From: Gammaproteobacteria bacterium
GTDB taxonomy: Bacteria; Pseudomonadota; Gammaproteobacteria; JBCCGL01
NCBI GenBank assembly: GCA_965277715.1
Contig: OZ255836.1
Location: 2,560,001 to 2,624,000 of the forward strand
Reading direction: 5' to 3'
DNA length: 64,000 nt
A model generated the notes under the pieces. It was given only the letters and a program-made list of their open reading frames with translations, did no database searches and was not told the DNA's origin. Of this stretch, positions 1-9,977 are shown one piece after another (the stretch's first letter is position 1; each line of letters starts with the position of its first letter). Position numbers and translations under genes: made by a program.

Positions 1-30
1 TAAATCTATTTTTCAACCCCGCCAGACTCC

Positions 31-146
31 TGATAGGTATTAACTTGCAACCAATTGTTCCAGAACGCCTTTTTCTGGAACAATTATTGGCTAATGCATC
101 AGGCATCATGTATTGGCTTGTGGGCAAGTTAATACACGGAGTCTAG
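31..146. repeat. Palindromic MITE/REP-like element, family A (copy 1)
   Basis: Near-identical to 18955-19068 and to the reverse complement of 12219-12295. Contains the hairpin AATTGTTCCAGAA...TTCTGGAACAATT and inverted GTATTAACTTGC/GCAAGTTAATAC. Its end overlaps the phoR TAG stop. Confidence 0.85.
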
Positions 147-1438
147 ACCTGCATATGTTCAAGTGGAAAAGTACATATAAAAACAGCACCACTACCCGGC
201 ACACTTTCCACATCCAAAAACCCACCATTATTTTCCACCGCATGCTTAACAATCGCCAACCCCAACCCCGTACCGCCGCTATTGCGCGAACGCCCCGCAT
301 CGACACGATAAAAACGCTCAGTCAAACGCGGCAAGTGTTGCGCTGCAATACCAGGCCCATCGTCGCGCACCAGCAATCGCGCCGCCCCTCTGTGCATCTC
401 CCACACCACATCGATATGCGTGGCGGCCGGTGTATGCTGAATAGCATTGGCAATCAAATTGAAAAACGCGCTACTGAGCTCCGCCGGGTTACCCATAATC
501 GTCACGCTATCGTCCACACTGAGATCAATTTGATGCCCGGTAGTACCACACAACAGCAGCGCCTGCTCACGCAGCGAACCCAACAAACGACTCACATCGA
601 CAGATACCCACTCAACCTCCTGCGGGTTTTCCAACTCCATTTTTGATAGCAACAGTAAATCATCGACAATGCGTGACATACGCCGCGCCTGTTGGTCGAC
701 CGAGGCCAAACCTTTGCTCACCGCAACCGGTAGCCCCTGCTCCTGACTCAACACCTCGGTATACCCCAGAACCACTGTCAGCGGCGTTTTTAATTCATGC
801 GATACATTGGCAACAAAATCGCGCCGGATCTGCTGCAGACGGTGCGCAATGGTCACATCGTGCGCCAATAGCAAACGCAGGCCATCACCATACGCAACCA
901 CACGCACCGAGAGCACTATCGACGGCTGCACCGGCGAGCAAATTTCCAGGCTAGTGGAAAAATCGGCCTGCGACAGGTAACGCCGAAAATCCGGCGAACG
1001 CAACAGGTTATCGATACGTTGCCCGATATCCTGCGGATTGCGAATGCCCAGTACATGCCTCGCGGCGGTGTTAGCCCAATCAATATCCCCATTGGTGCGC
1101 AAGACGACTGCGGCATCGGGCAACGCTTCAGTCGATGCATTGAAACGCCCCAGCATAGCAACCAGGCGCGTTTTACGGCTGCGGCTATTCTGCTGAATAC
1201 GGTAAACGTGGCCGATGATCGCCTCCCAGGCGCCCCGGCTCTCCGGTAGCTGCGACTTTCTCGCCCCTGTGGAGAGCCATCGCTCAAAGCGGTACATCTG
1301 CCGCAGGTGATAGCCGCTGTATAGCGCCAAACCCAAGGCATAAACCACGCCCCAGGCACCACTGATAAGCGCTATCAAGGTACAGACCAGCAGCACCCAG
1401 CATAAGCGCCAACACTCGCTACGCCAGCCGTTACTCAT
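143..1438 (-). CDS. phoR: Phosphate regulon sensor histidine kinase PhoR
   Basis: N-terminal TM region, PAS domain, H-box DFVANVSHELKTPLT, HATPase motifs (RLTERFYRVD, GTGLGLAIVKH). Lies downstream of phoB. Confidence 0.93.
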   Translation of the reverse strand: MSNGWRSECWRLCWVLLVCTLIALISGAWGVVYALGLALYSGYHLRQMYRFERWLSTGARKSQLPESRGAWEAIIGHVYRIQQNSRSRKTRLVAMLGRFNASTEALPDAAVVLRTNGDIDWANTAARHVLGIRNPQDIGQRIDNLLRSPDFRRYLSQADFSTSLEICSPVQPSIVLSVRVVAYGDGLRLLLAHDVTIAHRLQQIRRDFVANVSHELKTPLTVVLGYTEVLSQEQGLPVAVSKGLASVDQQARRMSRIVDDLLLLSKMELENPQEVEWVSVDVSRLLGSLREQALLLCGTTGHQIDLSVDDSVTIMGNPAELSSAFFNLIANAIQHTPAATHIDVVWEMHRGAARLLVRDDGPGIAAQHLPRLTERFYRVDAGRSRNSGGTGLGLAIVKHAVENNGGFLDVESVPGSGAVFICTFPLEHMQV

Positions 1439-1461
1439 GGCTTATAAAGCCTGGATAACCG

Positions 1462-2148
1462 CTAGCTGGCTGAAAAACGATAACCAACACCACGCACCGT
1501 TTGCAAAAATGTCTCGAAGCCAAACGGTTTAAGTGACTTGCGCAGGCGCAGCACATGCACATCGACAGTGCGTTCTTCGACATAAGCGTTGTGTCCCCAG
1601 ATATGGTCGAGCAACTGCCCGCGTGAATAGACGCGCCCTATATGGCTCAGAAAAAAATGTAACAGCTTGAATTCTGTTGGCCCCAGCGACACAACCGCCT
1701 CACCGATGGTGCACCGATGTTCTGCCATATCGAGCACCATTGCATCGAATCGCAGCTTGGCATCGTCTTCCGGTTGCTGGCTGCGCCGGGTGACCGCACG
1801 GATCCGCGCCAGCAACTCAGCGGGTGAAAACGGTTTGGTCACGTAGTCATCGGCACCGGCATCCAGCCCCAGCACTTTATCTGAATCCTCCGATTTCGCC
1901 GTCAGCATAATCACCGGCAATGCAGCGAGGTGCTTATCGCGCTTGATACGGCGAATAAGCGCCAGCCCGCTCGTACCCGGCATCATCCAGTCGATCAATA
2001 CCACGGCAAACGACTGTTGACAGATAAGCTGATAGGCTGTCTCGGCATTTTCTGCCTCATAAACCGCAAAGCCTTCACGATAAAGTGAAAAGGCAATCAT
2101 CTCGCGGATCGATGATTCATCGTCTACAATTAATACAGCTTGCGGCAT
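1462..2148 (-). CDS. phoB: Phosphate regulon response regulator PhoB
   Basis: REC domain (DWMMPG) plus OmpR winged helix (LGPTEFKLLHFF, VEERTVDVHVLRLRK, TVRGVGYRFS). ATG at 2148 chosen over TTG at 2163. Confidence 0.93.
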   Translation of the reverse strand: MPQAVLIVDDESSIREMIAFSLYREGFAVYEAENAETAYQLICQQSFAVVLIDWMMPGTSGLALIRRIKRDKHLAALPVIMLTAKSEDSDKVLGLDAGADDYVTKPFSPAELLARIRAVTRRSQQPEDDAKLRFDAMVLDMAEHRCTIGEAVVSLGPTEFKLLHFFLSHIGRVYSRGQLLDHIWGHNAYVEERTVDVHVLRLRKSLKPFGFETFLQTVRGVGYRFSAS

Positions 2149-2268
2149 CTTTGTATCGTTCAAAACCTGGATATCACTACATCACATAGGTGATTCTGGA
2201 GAGGCGGCGCAATAGCATAAATAATTAATCCTGAGCAAAAAGACAGGGCCGTATTAAACGATACAATT

Positions 2269-2286
2269 GTGACTGTTTAATGACAA
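2269..2286 (-). promoter_or_regulatory. Pho box upstream of phoBR
   Basis: Minus strand reads TTGTCAT-TAAA-CAGTCAC, matching the CTGTCAT-N4-CTGTCAY consensus, followed by a -10-like TTTAAT. Confidence 0.8.
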
Positions 2287-2607
2287 CGCAGGATAAAATC
2301 CACACACCACTATTAACCTGGGTATTTCACAATAAGCCCCCACAGATTGCACCCGGGTCTGACCAGGGTATTTGACAATCCCATCACAAAATAGCGCGTA
2401 GACACACGACCTGACGCAATCGCCGGAACTATTTTCAGCATCACTACTCTTAAGGCTACCAATCTTTTGGCATATACTGTGAAGAGCTATGGATAAAAAC
2501 CTCGGGTAAAAGCCTTAGGTAAAAACCATGTGCTAAACAGTACGCGGATTATCCGTCTCCGAATAATGGCGGTATTTATTAAACAACACTAATCAGGAGT
2601 CTCAACT

Positions 2608-2865
2608 ATGAGCAAACGTAATCAAGCCGCCGCGGCGGCACTCGCCGGTCTGGTTGCTGTCGGCATGAGCGCGGTGACCACCAATGTATCTGCCGCTGAT
2701 ATGGAAAAATGCTACGGCGTCGTCAAAGCCGGTAACAACGACTGCCAGACCGCCACCAGCGCATGCGCAGGCACTTCGACCAAAGACGATCAGGCCGACG
2801 CCTGGCTGCTGGTACCCAAAGGTATGTGTGAACGCCTGACAGGTGGTAGCAACACCGCCAGCTAA
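2608..2865 (+). CDS. Bufferin precursor BufA1-like (DUF2282), signal peptide plus 4 Cys
   Basis: Signal peptide followed by EKCYGVVKAGNNDC...CAG...AWLLVPKGMCERL. AGGAG RBS. Adjacent to a DUF692 gene. Confidence 0.88.
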   Translation: MSKRNQAAAAALAGLVAVGMSAVTTNVSAADMEKCYGVVKAGNNDCQTATSACAGTSTKDDQADAWLLVPKGMCERLTGGSNTAS

Positions 2866-3740
2866 TGCAGTCCCTCCGCTCACCTGGTGAGCGAATTCGA
2901 TCATCAATCCCGGCTGCGGCCGGGATTGGTCTTCGTGGCCCTCACTACCGTGATATCGTCGAGCAAACGCCCCCCGTAGCCTGGTTGGAGGCACACGCAG
3001 AAAACTATTTTGGCGATGGCGGCGCCCCGCTCCACTACTTGCAGCAATGCCGGGAACACTACCCACTCAGCCTGCACGGTGTCGGTTTATCACTGGGCAG
3101 CATCGACCCACTCAACCAACGCCATCTACACAAACTCAAATCGCTCATCGAACGCTTTCAGCCCGGCCTGGTATCTGAACATTTAAGCTGGGGTTCTATC
3201 GATGGCCAGTTTTTTAACGACCTGCTGCCAATGCCCTACACAGAGGAATCGTTACATCATTTCTGTGAGCGCGTAATACAAACGCAGGACTACCTGCAAC
3301 GCCAGATCCTCATCGAAAACCCGTCGAGCTATTTAACGTATACCCATTCAAGCATCCCGGAGTGGGAGTATTTTGTAGAAATTGCCCGGCGCACCGGTTG
3401 CGGTTTGCTGGTCGACATTAACAATATCTATGTCAGTGCGCACAATCACCATTTTGATGCAAAGCACTACATCGAGCACATCCCCTCTCACCATGTGGGT
3501 GAGATCCACCTCGCCGGTTTTGCTGTAAACCGCCACGATGGGGTCGACATACTCATCGACAACCACGGCGCCAGTGTTGCCGAAGACGTTTGGCAGTTAT
3601 TTGGGTTTGCACTGGATCGGTTCGGTGAAAAACCCGCGCTGGTGGAATGGGACAGCGGGATTCCCAGCCTCGACACACTGCTCGCCGAGTCATCGCGGGC
3701 ACAATCAATGATGGACGAGCGTTGTGCCCTCGTTGCCTGA
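2865..3740 (+). CDS. Multinuclear non-heme iron oxidative enzyme (DUF692/MNIO), bufferin maturase BufB-like
   Basis: GIGLR, EAHAENY, LHGVGLSLG, SEHLSW, IENPSSY, DINNIYV, EIHLAG, IDNHG and EWD motifs. Confidence 0.93.
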   Translation: MQSLRSPGERIRSSIPAAAGIGLRGPHYRDIVEQTPPVAWLEAHAENYFGDGGAPLHYLQQCREHYPLSLHGVGLSLGSIDPLNQRHLHKLKSLIERFQPGLVSEHLSWGSIDGQFFNDLLPMPYTEESLHHFCERVIQTQDYLQRQILIENPSSYLTYTHSSIPEWEYFVEIARRTGCGLLVDINNIYVSAHNHHFDAKHYIEHIPSHHVGEIHLAGFAVNRHDGVDILIDNHGASVAEDVWQLFGFALDRFGEKPALVEWDSGIPSLDTLLAESSRAQSMMDERCALVA

Positions 3741-4500
3741 ATTGCAACGCGGCTTCGCCACCGACCTTCTCAGTGACGCAGCACAGATAAGTGGCCCGCG
3801 TATCTGCACGGGAAAATTCTCCAGCGAGCGGCTGCTACAAGTCTACCGCAACAATTACTTTCTAAGCCTCACCCAGGCACTGAAAGACATACATCCGGTG
3901 GTCAATACATTAGTCGGCGAGGGCTTTTTCAACTACGCCGCCGATAGCTATATTCGCCAGCACCCCTCTACCGATGGCAATCTGCACAGCTTCGGCGATC
4001 AGTTTGGCAACTTTCTCAGCGGCTTCGAGGCGGCTGCAAGCCTGCCTTATCTGGCCGATATGGCCCGCCTGGACTGGGCCTGTCACTGTGCATTTCACGC
4101 CGCAGACACGGCTGCTATCCCCCAAAATAAGCTGGCACAAATACCGACCGCACGCTACGCTGATTTGCGTTTTAGCATCGCGCCGTCAGTGACCCTACTG
4201 CAATCGCGCCACCCAATTTTTACTATCTGGTCGTTTAGCCAACAACAAAACGACAGCGAAGGCACTGGTGTAAATCTGGATTCTGGTGGAGAATACACAC
4301 TGGTTCACCGGCCCTTACTGGAGGTTTCAGTTGAACCACTAAACAGCGCTGAATTTGCGTTTATCAACTCACTCACCGCTGAACAAACGCTGGGTTTTGC
4401 AGTCGAACAGGCCGTTGATGAAGATAGCTCGTTTGATTTGAACATGGCCTTGAACCATTTTTTGAGCAATGGGGTGCTGACCGATTTATGGTTGGATTAA
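3724..4500 (+). CDS. DUF2063 MNIO partner protein (BufC/HvfC-like)
   Basis: LQVYRNN, LVGEGFF, HPS..GNL..FG and YLADMARLDWA motifs; position in the operon. Confidence 0.88.
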   Translation: MPSLPELQRGFATDLLSDAAQISGPRICTGKFSSERLLQVYRNNYFLSLTQALKDIHPVVNTLVGEGFFNYAADSYIRQHPSTDGNLHSFGDQFGNFLSGFEAAASLPYLADMARLDWACHCAFHAADTAAIPQNKLAQIPTARYADLRFSIAPSVTLLQSRHPIFTIWSFSQQQNDSEGTGVNLDSGGEYTLVHRPLLEVSVEPLNSAEFAFINSLTAEQTLGFAVEQAVDEDSSFDLNMALNHFLSNGVLTDLWLD

Positions 4501-4578
4501 TGCGCTTCTGGTCAAAACGTAAATCTACGCTAAATTAATAAGAAAGATACGATTAAAAACATAATTGAGGAAAAACGC

Positions 4579-5028
4579 ATGTCACTTATAACCACTCTGG
4601 GCAATATCGTAAAACCCGCGATTAGCCTGCTAACCTTCGCCACGCCGTTAATTGACCTGGTGCTACGCGTATATGTGGCCAATGTTTTCTGGAAATCCGG
4701 GCAAACCAAAATTGCCAATATGGATCAAACCGTTCAGTTATTTGAATACGTCTATAGCGTGCCCATATTGCCGCCCTTCATCGCCGCCTATATGGCAACT
4801 GGCGCAGAGTTGCTTTTCCCCATTCTGTTGGTGTTGGGCTTGGCCACCCGGTTTGCGGCCCTTTCCCTGACGGTACTCAATATCGTCGCGGTTCTCTCCT
4901 TTCCTGATTTGCACGAGGCGGGCCTGGAACAACACATCGTTTGGGGCATTATGTTGCTGGTAACCTTGTTACACGGCCCTGGAAAACTGGCCGTCGATCA
5001 CTTTATCCACAAAAAATACTGGGATTAG
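4579..5028 (+). CDS. DoxX family membrane protein (BufD-like)
   Basis: FWKSGQTK, LFEYVY.VP, AELLFPILLVLGLATR and GPGKLAVD motifs. Confidence 0.9.
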   Translation: MSLITTLGNIVKPAISLLTFATPLIDLVLRVYVANVFWKSGQTKIANMDQTVQLFEYVYSVPILPPFIAAYMATGAELLFPILLVLGLATRFAALSLTVLNIVAVLSFPDLHEAGLEQHIVWGIMLLVTLLHGPGKLAVDHFIHKKYWD

Positions 5029-5050
5029 GTTTTTCTTGTAATGCACACAT

Positions 5051-5078
5051 AAGGGGCGCCTCGCGCCCCTTTTTTATT
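5051..5078 (+). terminator. Rho-independent terminator
   Basis: AAGGGGCGC-CTC-GCGCCCCTT followed by a T tract, downstream of doxX. Confidence 0.8.
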
Positions 5079-5091
5079 GCCATCGATTTTA

Positions 5092-5850
5092 CTACTGCCG
5101 ATTCAAATCGATCATACGCTCGGGATGATCTGAAATCACCGAGGCAACACCCCACGCCAGCAACTGCTCAGCGCGCTGGCGCTCATTCACGGTATACACC
5201 AAGAGGGGGTAACCCGCCTGTAACGGCGCCTCAAGGTGTCGTTGTTGCAGCGTTTCATCCCCGCAATGCAACGAAGCAGCACCAAACCGTTGCAGCTTCT
5301 CCCGCCAATCTGTGGGTATCGTCTCAACCAACCAACCACGGGAAACCTCAGCGAGGTGCTCCGCCAACAAATCCATCACCGTTTCGCTAAAGCTGGACAT
5401 TAACAGGGGCAGGTTTTGCGGCCAACACTGGCGAATAATTGCCGCCGTCGCCAGCACAGTCGCCCACTCGTTGCCCTGGATCGCCTTCACTTCAACATTG
5501 GCCCCCATATTCAATGTTGCCAGCAGTGCAATTACCTCAGAAAAACGCGGAATCCTCTCCCCGGCAAACGCCGCCGAAAAATGGCTGCCCGCGTCTAACT
5601 TTGACAGCGTAGAATAATCGTGTGCCTGCAATAGCCCACTGCCATCGGTGCAACGATCCAGCTCAAAATCGTGAAACACCACTACCTCATTATTCGCCGC
5701 CAGATTGACATCAAACTCGACAAAGGTAACCCCGAGCGTCGCCGCTTCACGCATCGACGCCAGGGTATTTTCCGGCGCAGAACCCTTAGCACCACGGTGG
5801 CCGCTGATATTTGGCAGGCGGGAAAAATCAAACGATGAGATAGTGTGCAT
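5092..5850 (-). CDS. ugpQ: Glycerophosphodiester phosphodiesterase
   Basis: GHRGA..APENT, VEFDV, FHD..LDR, NVEVK, SSF, YTVN and SDHP motifs. Confidence 0.88.
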   Translation of the reverse strand: MHTISSFDFSRLPNISGHRGAKGSAPENTLASMREAATLGVTFVEFDVNLAANNEVVVFHDFELDRCTDGSGLLQAHDYSTLSKLDAGSHFSAAFAGERIPRFSEVIALLATLNMGANVEVKAIQGNEWATVLATAAIIRQCWPQNLPLLMSSFSETVMDLLAEHLAEVSRGWLVETIPTDWREKLQRFGAASLHCGDETLQQRHLEAPLQAGYPLLVYTVNERQRAEQLLAWGVASVISDHPERMIDLNRQ

Positions 5851-5950
5851 AGAATTAATTTAAGATTAAGGCGTACAAAATACATTTACCGCTTGAGAGA
5901 AACCATGCGCTCACTTATTCTTTACAAATATTGAAATAGTAAAGAAAGCC

Positions 5951-6169
5951 ATGCCAAAGGTCAGTTCAAAGCGACAAATTACACTGCCGGTTGATCAATG
6001 CCAAGCACTTGGCATTGAGCCAGGTGATGAATACCAGAGTTTTGTCGCTGGTGGCCAGATTACCATTATCAAAAAAGTACCCGGTGCGGCACAGGGTATT
6101 CTCGCCAACGTCACAGGGGCTATCTATAGCAGTGAGAGACAATCACTGTACAGTGCAATCGACGAATGA
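5951..6169 (+). CDS. AbrB/MazE/SpoVT-family antitoxin
   Basis: VSSKRQITLP..QCQALGIEPGD. ATGA overlap with a PIN gene. Confidence 0.85.
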   Translation: MPKVSSKRQITLPVDQCQALGIEPGDEYQSFVAGGQITIIKKVPGAAQGILANVTGAIYSSERQSLYSAIDE

Positions 6170-6600
6170 TCGCCATCGACACCAATGTGTTGTTGCGCTA
6201 TCTGCTCAATGATGATGCCACCCAATCAGCGCAAGCCACTACGCTGATAACAAACTCTCACAAAGTACTCATCACCGATGTGGTGCTGGTGGAAACCGTC
6301 CAGGCACTCACAGGAAAAAAATACTGCCTGGACAAGATGGCTGTTATCACCGTTATCAATGCATTATTCGAGGAGCCCACGCTTTGTTTTGAAGACGAAC
6401 AAGCCGTGTGGCGTGCATTATACGCCTACCGCAAAGCGACACCTGTCTTCGTCAACGGCAGGAAAAAACACGCCGACTTTGCCGATGCCTTATTGATCAA
6501 TAAATCCCATGGTTACGCAAAAAAAACCGCCACACCGCTACAAACTGTTTATACATTCGACCGTGCTGCGCAACAGATCCCCGGTGCCACGGCACTTTAA
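6166..6600 (+). CDS. vapC: VapC-family PIN toxin
   Basis: IAIDTNVLLRYL, VLVET, DFADALL and YTFD motifs. Confidence 0.88.
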   Translation: MIAIDTNVLLRYLLNDDATQSAQATTLITNSHKVLITDVVLVETVQALTGKKYCLDKMAVITVINALFEEPTLCFEDEQAVWRALYAYRKATPVFVNGRKKHADFADALLINKSHGYAKKTATPLQTVYTFDRAAQQIPGATAL

Positions 6601-6623
6601 CCCTCTATCAACATAAACGAAAC

Positions 6624-7508
6624 ATGACTGACAACACCTTCGATATTCCACACAAAAGTCCAATAGCGCCCATGCAGCTCGACGGCGACGACAAAATTCG
6701 TTTCAACTGCCGCAAAGGCATCGACTGCTGGAACCAATGCTGTATGCAAGCCGATGTCACCCTGGCGCCCTATGACATTATCCGTTTGAAAAATAACCTG
6801 GGTATCAGCTCCAGTGAATTTCTCAACAATTACACCGTGCCGTTTGAGTTGGACGGGCACGGCGTACCCGGTGTGAAGCTGCGCACCACCGATGCCGGTG
6901 CCTGCAAGCTGATGACCGATGAAGGTTGCAGCGTATACCAGGATCGCCCCACCGCCTGCCGCTACTACCCGGTAGGGCTGTTATCAATGAAACGCAAAGA
7001 TGCCCAGGCGGATGAACACCACTACGTACTGGTAAAAGAAGACCACTGCCTGGGGCATCTGGAACCCAGAGAAATCAGCTTTGACGACTACCGTAAAGAC
7101 CAGGGCGTAGAGGATTACGACACACTAAACCGAGAATACTACCGGATTATGTTGAAAAAGCGCTCAAGTGGCCCCGCCATTGGCCGCCCTTCAGAATTGA
7201 GCCTACAACTGTTTTTTATGGTGTGTTACGACATTGACCGGTTTCGCCGTTTCGCCTCAAGCGAGGCATTTAAAAATAACTACGCACTCGATGATGCCGA
7301 AATCGATACCTTCGTCGATGATGTCGCCCTATTGCAGTTTGGCTACCGTTTATTAAAACAAGTGCTGTTTGGCGAGAACAGCATTCCCGTGCGGGAGGGC
7401 GCGATTGAAAGCCGCGTAGAAGCGCGCCGTGACGTTCTCCAAGCCCGCAAGCAGGCGGAGATAGCGCGCTGGCAGAGCGAAGAGGAAAAGCGCAAACGTG
7501 AAACCTAA
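6624..7508 (+). CDS. YkgJ-family cysteine-cluster protein
   Basis: C..GIDCWNQCC, C......GCSVYQDRPTACRYYP and HCLG motifs. Confidence 0.85.
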   Translation: MTDNTFDIPHKSPIAPMQLDGDDKIRFNCRKGIDCWNQCCMQADVTLAPYDIIRLKNNLGISSSEFLNNYTVPFELDGHGVPGVKLRTTDAGACKLMTDEGCSVYQDRPTACRYYPVGLLSMKRKDAQADEHHYVLVKEDHCLGHLEPREISFDDYRKDQGVEDYDTLNREYYRIMLKKRSSGPAIGRPSELSLQLFFMVCYDIDRFRRFASSEAFKNNYALDDAEIDTFVDDVALLQFGYRLLKQVLFGENSIPVREGAIESRVEARRDVLQARKQAEIARWQSEEEKRKRET

Positions 7509-8067
7509 GATATACACCTTTGAACAAACACGCTTACACATCGCCCTGGTTTCAGACACCCACGCGCATATCGACCCGCGTATCCTCGCGCTGATCAACG
7601 CGTGTGATATTGCCATCCACGCCGGTGATGTCATGGATGAAGAGGTGCTTGAGCACATGCGCCCACGTTTATGCACGATTGCTGTGGCCGGGAACAACGA
7701 TGCTTATGGGCTGTGGTCATCACGGCAAAAACGCCACACAAAATACCTGCCCCAGTGTGCATTGATTCACCTGCCCAGCGGCACGATTGCCGTTGAGCAC
7801 GGCCACCGTTTTGGTAACCGCCAGCCCAGCCACACTGCATTGCGGGCAGCATACGCTGAGGCACGCGCTATTGTGTATGGGCATACGCATAAACAATTAA
7901 CCGATAAAACCCAAACCCCGTGGGTAATCAACCCCGGTGCCGCCGGGTTAGTACGCAATCAGGGCGGGCCACGGTGCCTGCTGCTCACCGTCGAGGATGG
8001 GGTATGGTCGCTGCAGCCACATTGTTTTGCACAACCGGAACCGGACAGCCTCGCAGCTTCAGTATAA
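7498..8067 (+). CDS. YfcE-like metallophosphoesterase
   Basis: SDTH, HAGD, GNND, HGH, YGHTH and NPG motifs. Confidence 0.88.
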   Translation: MKPKIYTFEQTRLHIALVSDTHAHIDPRILALINACDIAIHAGDVMDEEVLEHMRPRLCTIAVAGNNDAYGLWSSRQKRHTKYLPQCALIHLPSGTIAVEHGHRFGNRQPSHTALRAAYAEARAIVYGHTHKQLTDKTQTPWVINPGAAGLVRNQGGPRCLLLTVEDGVWSLQPHCFAQPEPDSLAASV

Positions 8068-8187
8068 AATACCCGGCAACCACCCAGTCGTACTGGCAAC
8101 CCGGTTCGGACAGGTGGTATTTTTACCGACACGCTCTCAATGCACTGTTGATCGACAGCCTGTTTCGCTTTCGATTGAGGAATACCT

Positions 8188-8913
8188 ATGAAAAAGACGC
8201 TGGTCGTCTGCTCCGGCGGGCTGGATTCGGTGACGCTCGCCCACAAAATGGCACTCGAAACACAGATCGATTTATTGCTCTCGTTTAACTACGGGCAACG
8301 CCATACCACTGAACTGCAATACGCTGCACGCTGTGCCAGTGCGTTATCCGTGGCACACGAGCTTATTGATATCAGCGCAGTGGGCCGCCTGTTGAGTGGC
8401 TCGGCACTGACCGACGATATTGATGTCCCCGAAGGCCACTACCAACAGGAGACAATGCGGGTGACGGTAGTGCCCAATCGCAATGCCATCATGCTAACCA
8501 TCGCCTTTGGCGTGGCCGCTTCGCGTGGCTGCGATGCCGTGGCGATTGCAGTGCATGGCGGTGATCACTTTATCTACCCGGACTGCCGCCCCGGCTTTAT
8601 CGATAGTTTCCAGACTATGCAGAACAAGGCCCTCGATGGTGTGCAGGCAGTCGAACTACTGGCACCGTTCGTAACAGTGGATAAGGCCGCGATTGTTCGC
8701 CAGGGCGCCGCACTGAATGTGCCCTTTGCCGACACCTGGTCATGCTATCAGGGGGGCGGGCAACACTGTGGCCGCTGCGGCACCTGCGTCGAGCGCCGGG
8801 AAGCCTTTGCACTGGCCGGGATCGACGACCCCACCCAATACGCTGACACGGATTTCTGGCAACAGGCTGTCAATGACCACCACACACCGGAAAAGTGTGG
8901 GCGAGGACATTGA
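8188..8913 (+). CDS. queC: 7-cyano-7-deazaguanine synthase
   Basis: SGGLDS, YGQRH, VPNRNA, YPDCRP and TWSCY..CGRCGTC motifs. Confidence 0.96.
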   Translation: MKKTLVVCSGGLDSVTLAHKMALETQIDLLLSFNYGQRHTTELQYAARCASALSVAHELIDISAVGRLLSGSALTDDIDVPEGHYQQETMRVTVVPNRNAIMLTIAFGVAASRGCDAVAIAVHGGDHFIYPDCRPGFIDSFQTMQNKALDGVQAVELLAPFVTVDKAAIVRQGAALNVPFADTWSCYQGGGQHCGRCGTCVERREAFALAGIDDPTQYADTDFWQQAVNDHHTPEKCGRGH

Positions 8914-8914
8914 T

Positions 8915-9271
8915 ATGTTCCGTATCAGCAAAGAATTCCACTTCTCCGCTTCCCATCAATTGTTTGGCCTTGCCCAGGATCACCCCTGCTCGCGCCTGCA
9001 CGGGCACAACTATACGGTGACGGTTGAATTGGCATCAGCCACGCTCGACCCGCACGGTTTTGTGCGCGATTACCGCGAGCTGGATGCCTTTAAACACTAC
9101 CTCGACGATCAAGTCGACCACCGCCACTTGAACGAGGTGTTCGACGACAGGCGAACGACCGCCGAGCACCTGGCGTATACCTTCTACCAATGGTGTGCCG
9201 CGCGCTGGCCAGAGGTCTGCGCTGTGCGCGTTTCTGAAACACCAAAATCCCAGGCTGAGTACAGACCGTGA
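8915..9271 (+). CDS. queD: 6-carboxytetrahydropterin synthase
   Basis: FSASH, CSRLHGHNY, DHRHLN, TAE and VSETP motifs. ATG at 8915 follows a GAGG RBS. Confidence 0.95.
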   Translation: MFRISKEFHFSASHQLFGLAQDHPCSRLHGHNYTVTVELASATLDPHGFVRDYRELDAFKHYLDDQVDHRHLNEVFDDRRTTAEHLAYTFYQWCAARWPEVCAVRVSETPKSQAEYRP

Positions 9272-9975
9272 GCAGCATTGCCATTAGTGAAATTTTCGGC
9301 CCGACGATTCAGGGCGAAGGGGCCTTGATTGGTACACCAACCGTGTTTGTGCGCACCGGTGGCTGTGACTTCCACTGCCATTGGTGCGACACCCTGTATG
9401 CGGTTGAAAAACGTTATCGCGACCAGTGGTCGCGTATGAGCGCGCAGCAGGTGTTGGCAAAAATAGAGGCGCTGAGCGGTGGCACGCCCTTGTTAGTCAC
9501 CTTATCGGGTGGCAACCCCGCACTGCAACCACTGGCAGCACTTATCGCGCTTGGCGTTGAACGCGGCTATCGCTTTGCCCTGGAAACCCAGGGCAGCGTA
9601 TCGCAAACCTGGTTTAGCGCACTGGATGTGTTGACCCTCAGCCCCAAACCGCCGTCTTCCGGGATGGTTTTTTCGGCTGAAAAGCTACACGACTGCATTA
9701 CAGCGGCGGGCGATAAAACCGCTGTTAACCTGAAAATAGTCATCGACGACGCCAATGACCTGCACTGGGCGGGCCAGCGCCACAGCGAATACCCGCACCT
9801 TCCGTTGACACTGCAACCGTGCAATACCCATAGCGGTAATGCGCCAGTCGATAAAAAACAGCTCAACGAAAAAATGCGTTGGCTGGTCGCTACGGTCAAT
9901 GAACGACAGTGGTACGGTGTGCGGGTGCTGCCACAACTGCATGTCCAACTATGGGGTAACCAACGCGGTTTTTAA
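9268..9975 (+). CDS. queE: 7-carboxy-7-deazaguanine synthase (radical SAM)
   Basis: [35 protein letters not shown] and LPQLH motifs. Confidence 0.95.
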   Translation: MSSIAISEIFGPTIQGEGALIGTPTVFVRTGGCDFHCHWCDTLYAVEKRYRDQWSRMSAQQVLAKIEALSGGTPLLVTLSGGNPALQPLAALIALGVERGYRFALETQGSVSQTWFSALDVLTLSPKPPSSGMVFSAEKLHDCITAAGDKTAVNLKIVIDDANDLHWAGQRHSEYPHLPLTLQPCNTHSGNAPVDKKQLNEKMRWLVATVNERQWYGVRVLPQLHVQLWGNQRGF

Positions 9976-9977
9976 TT

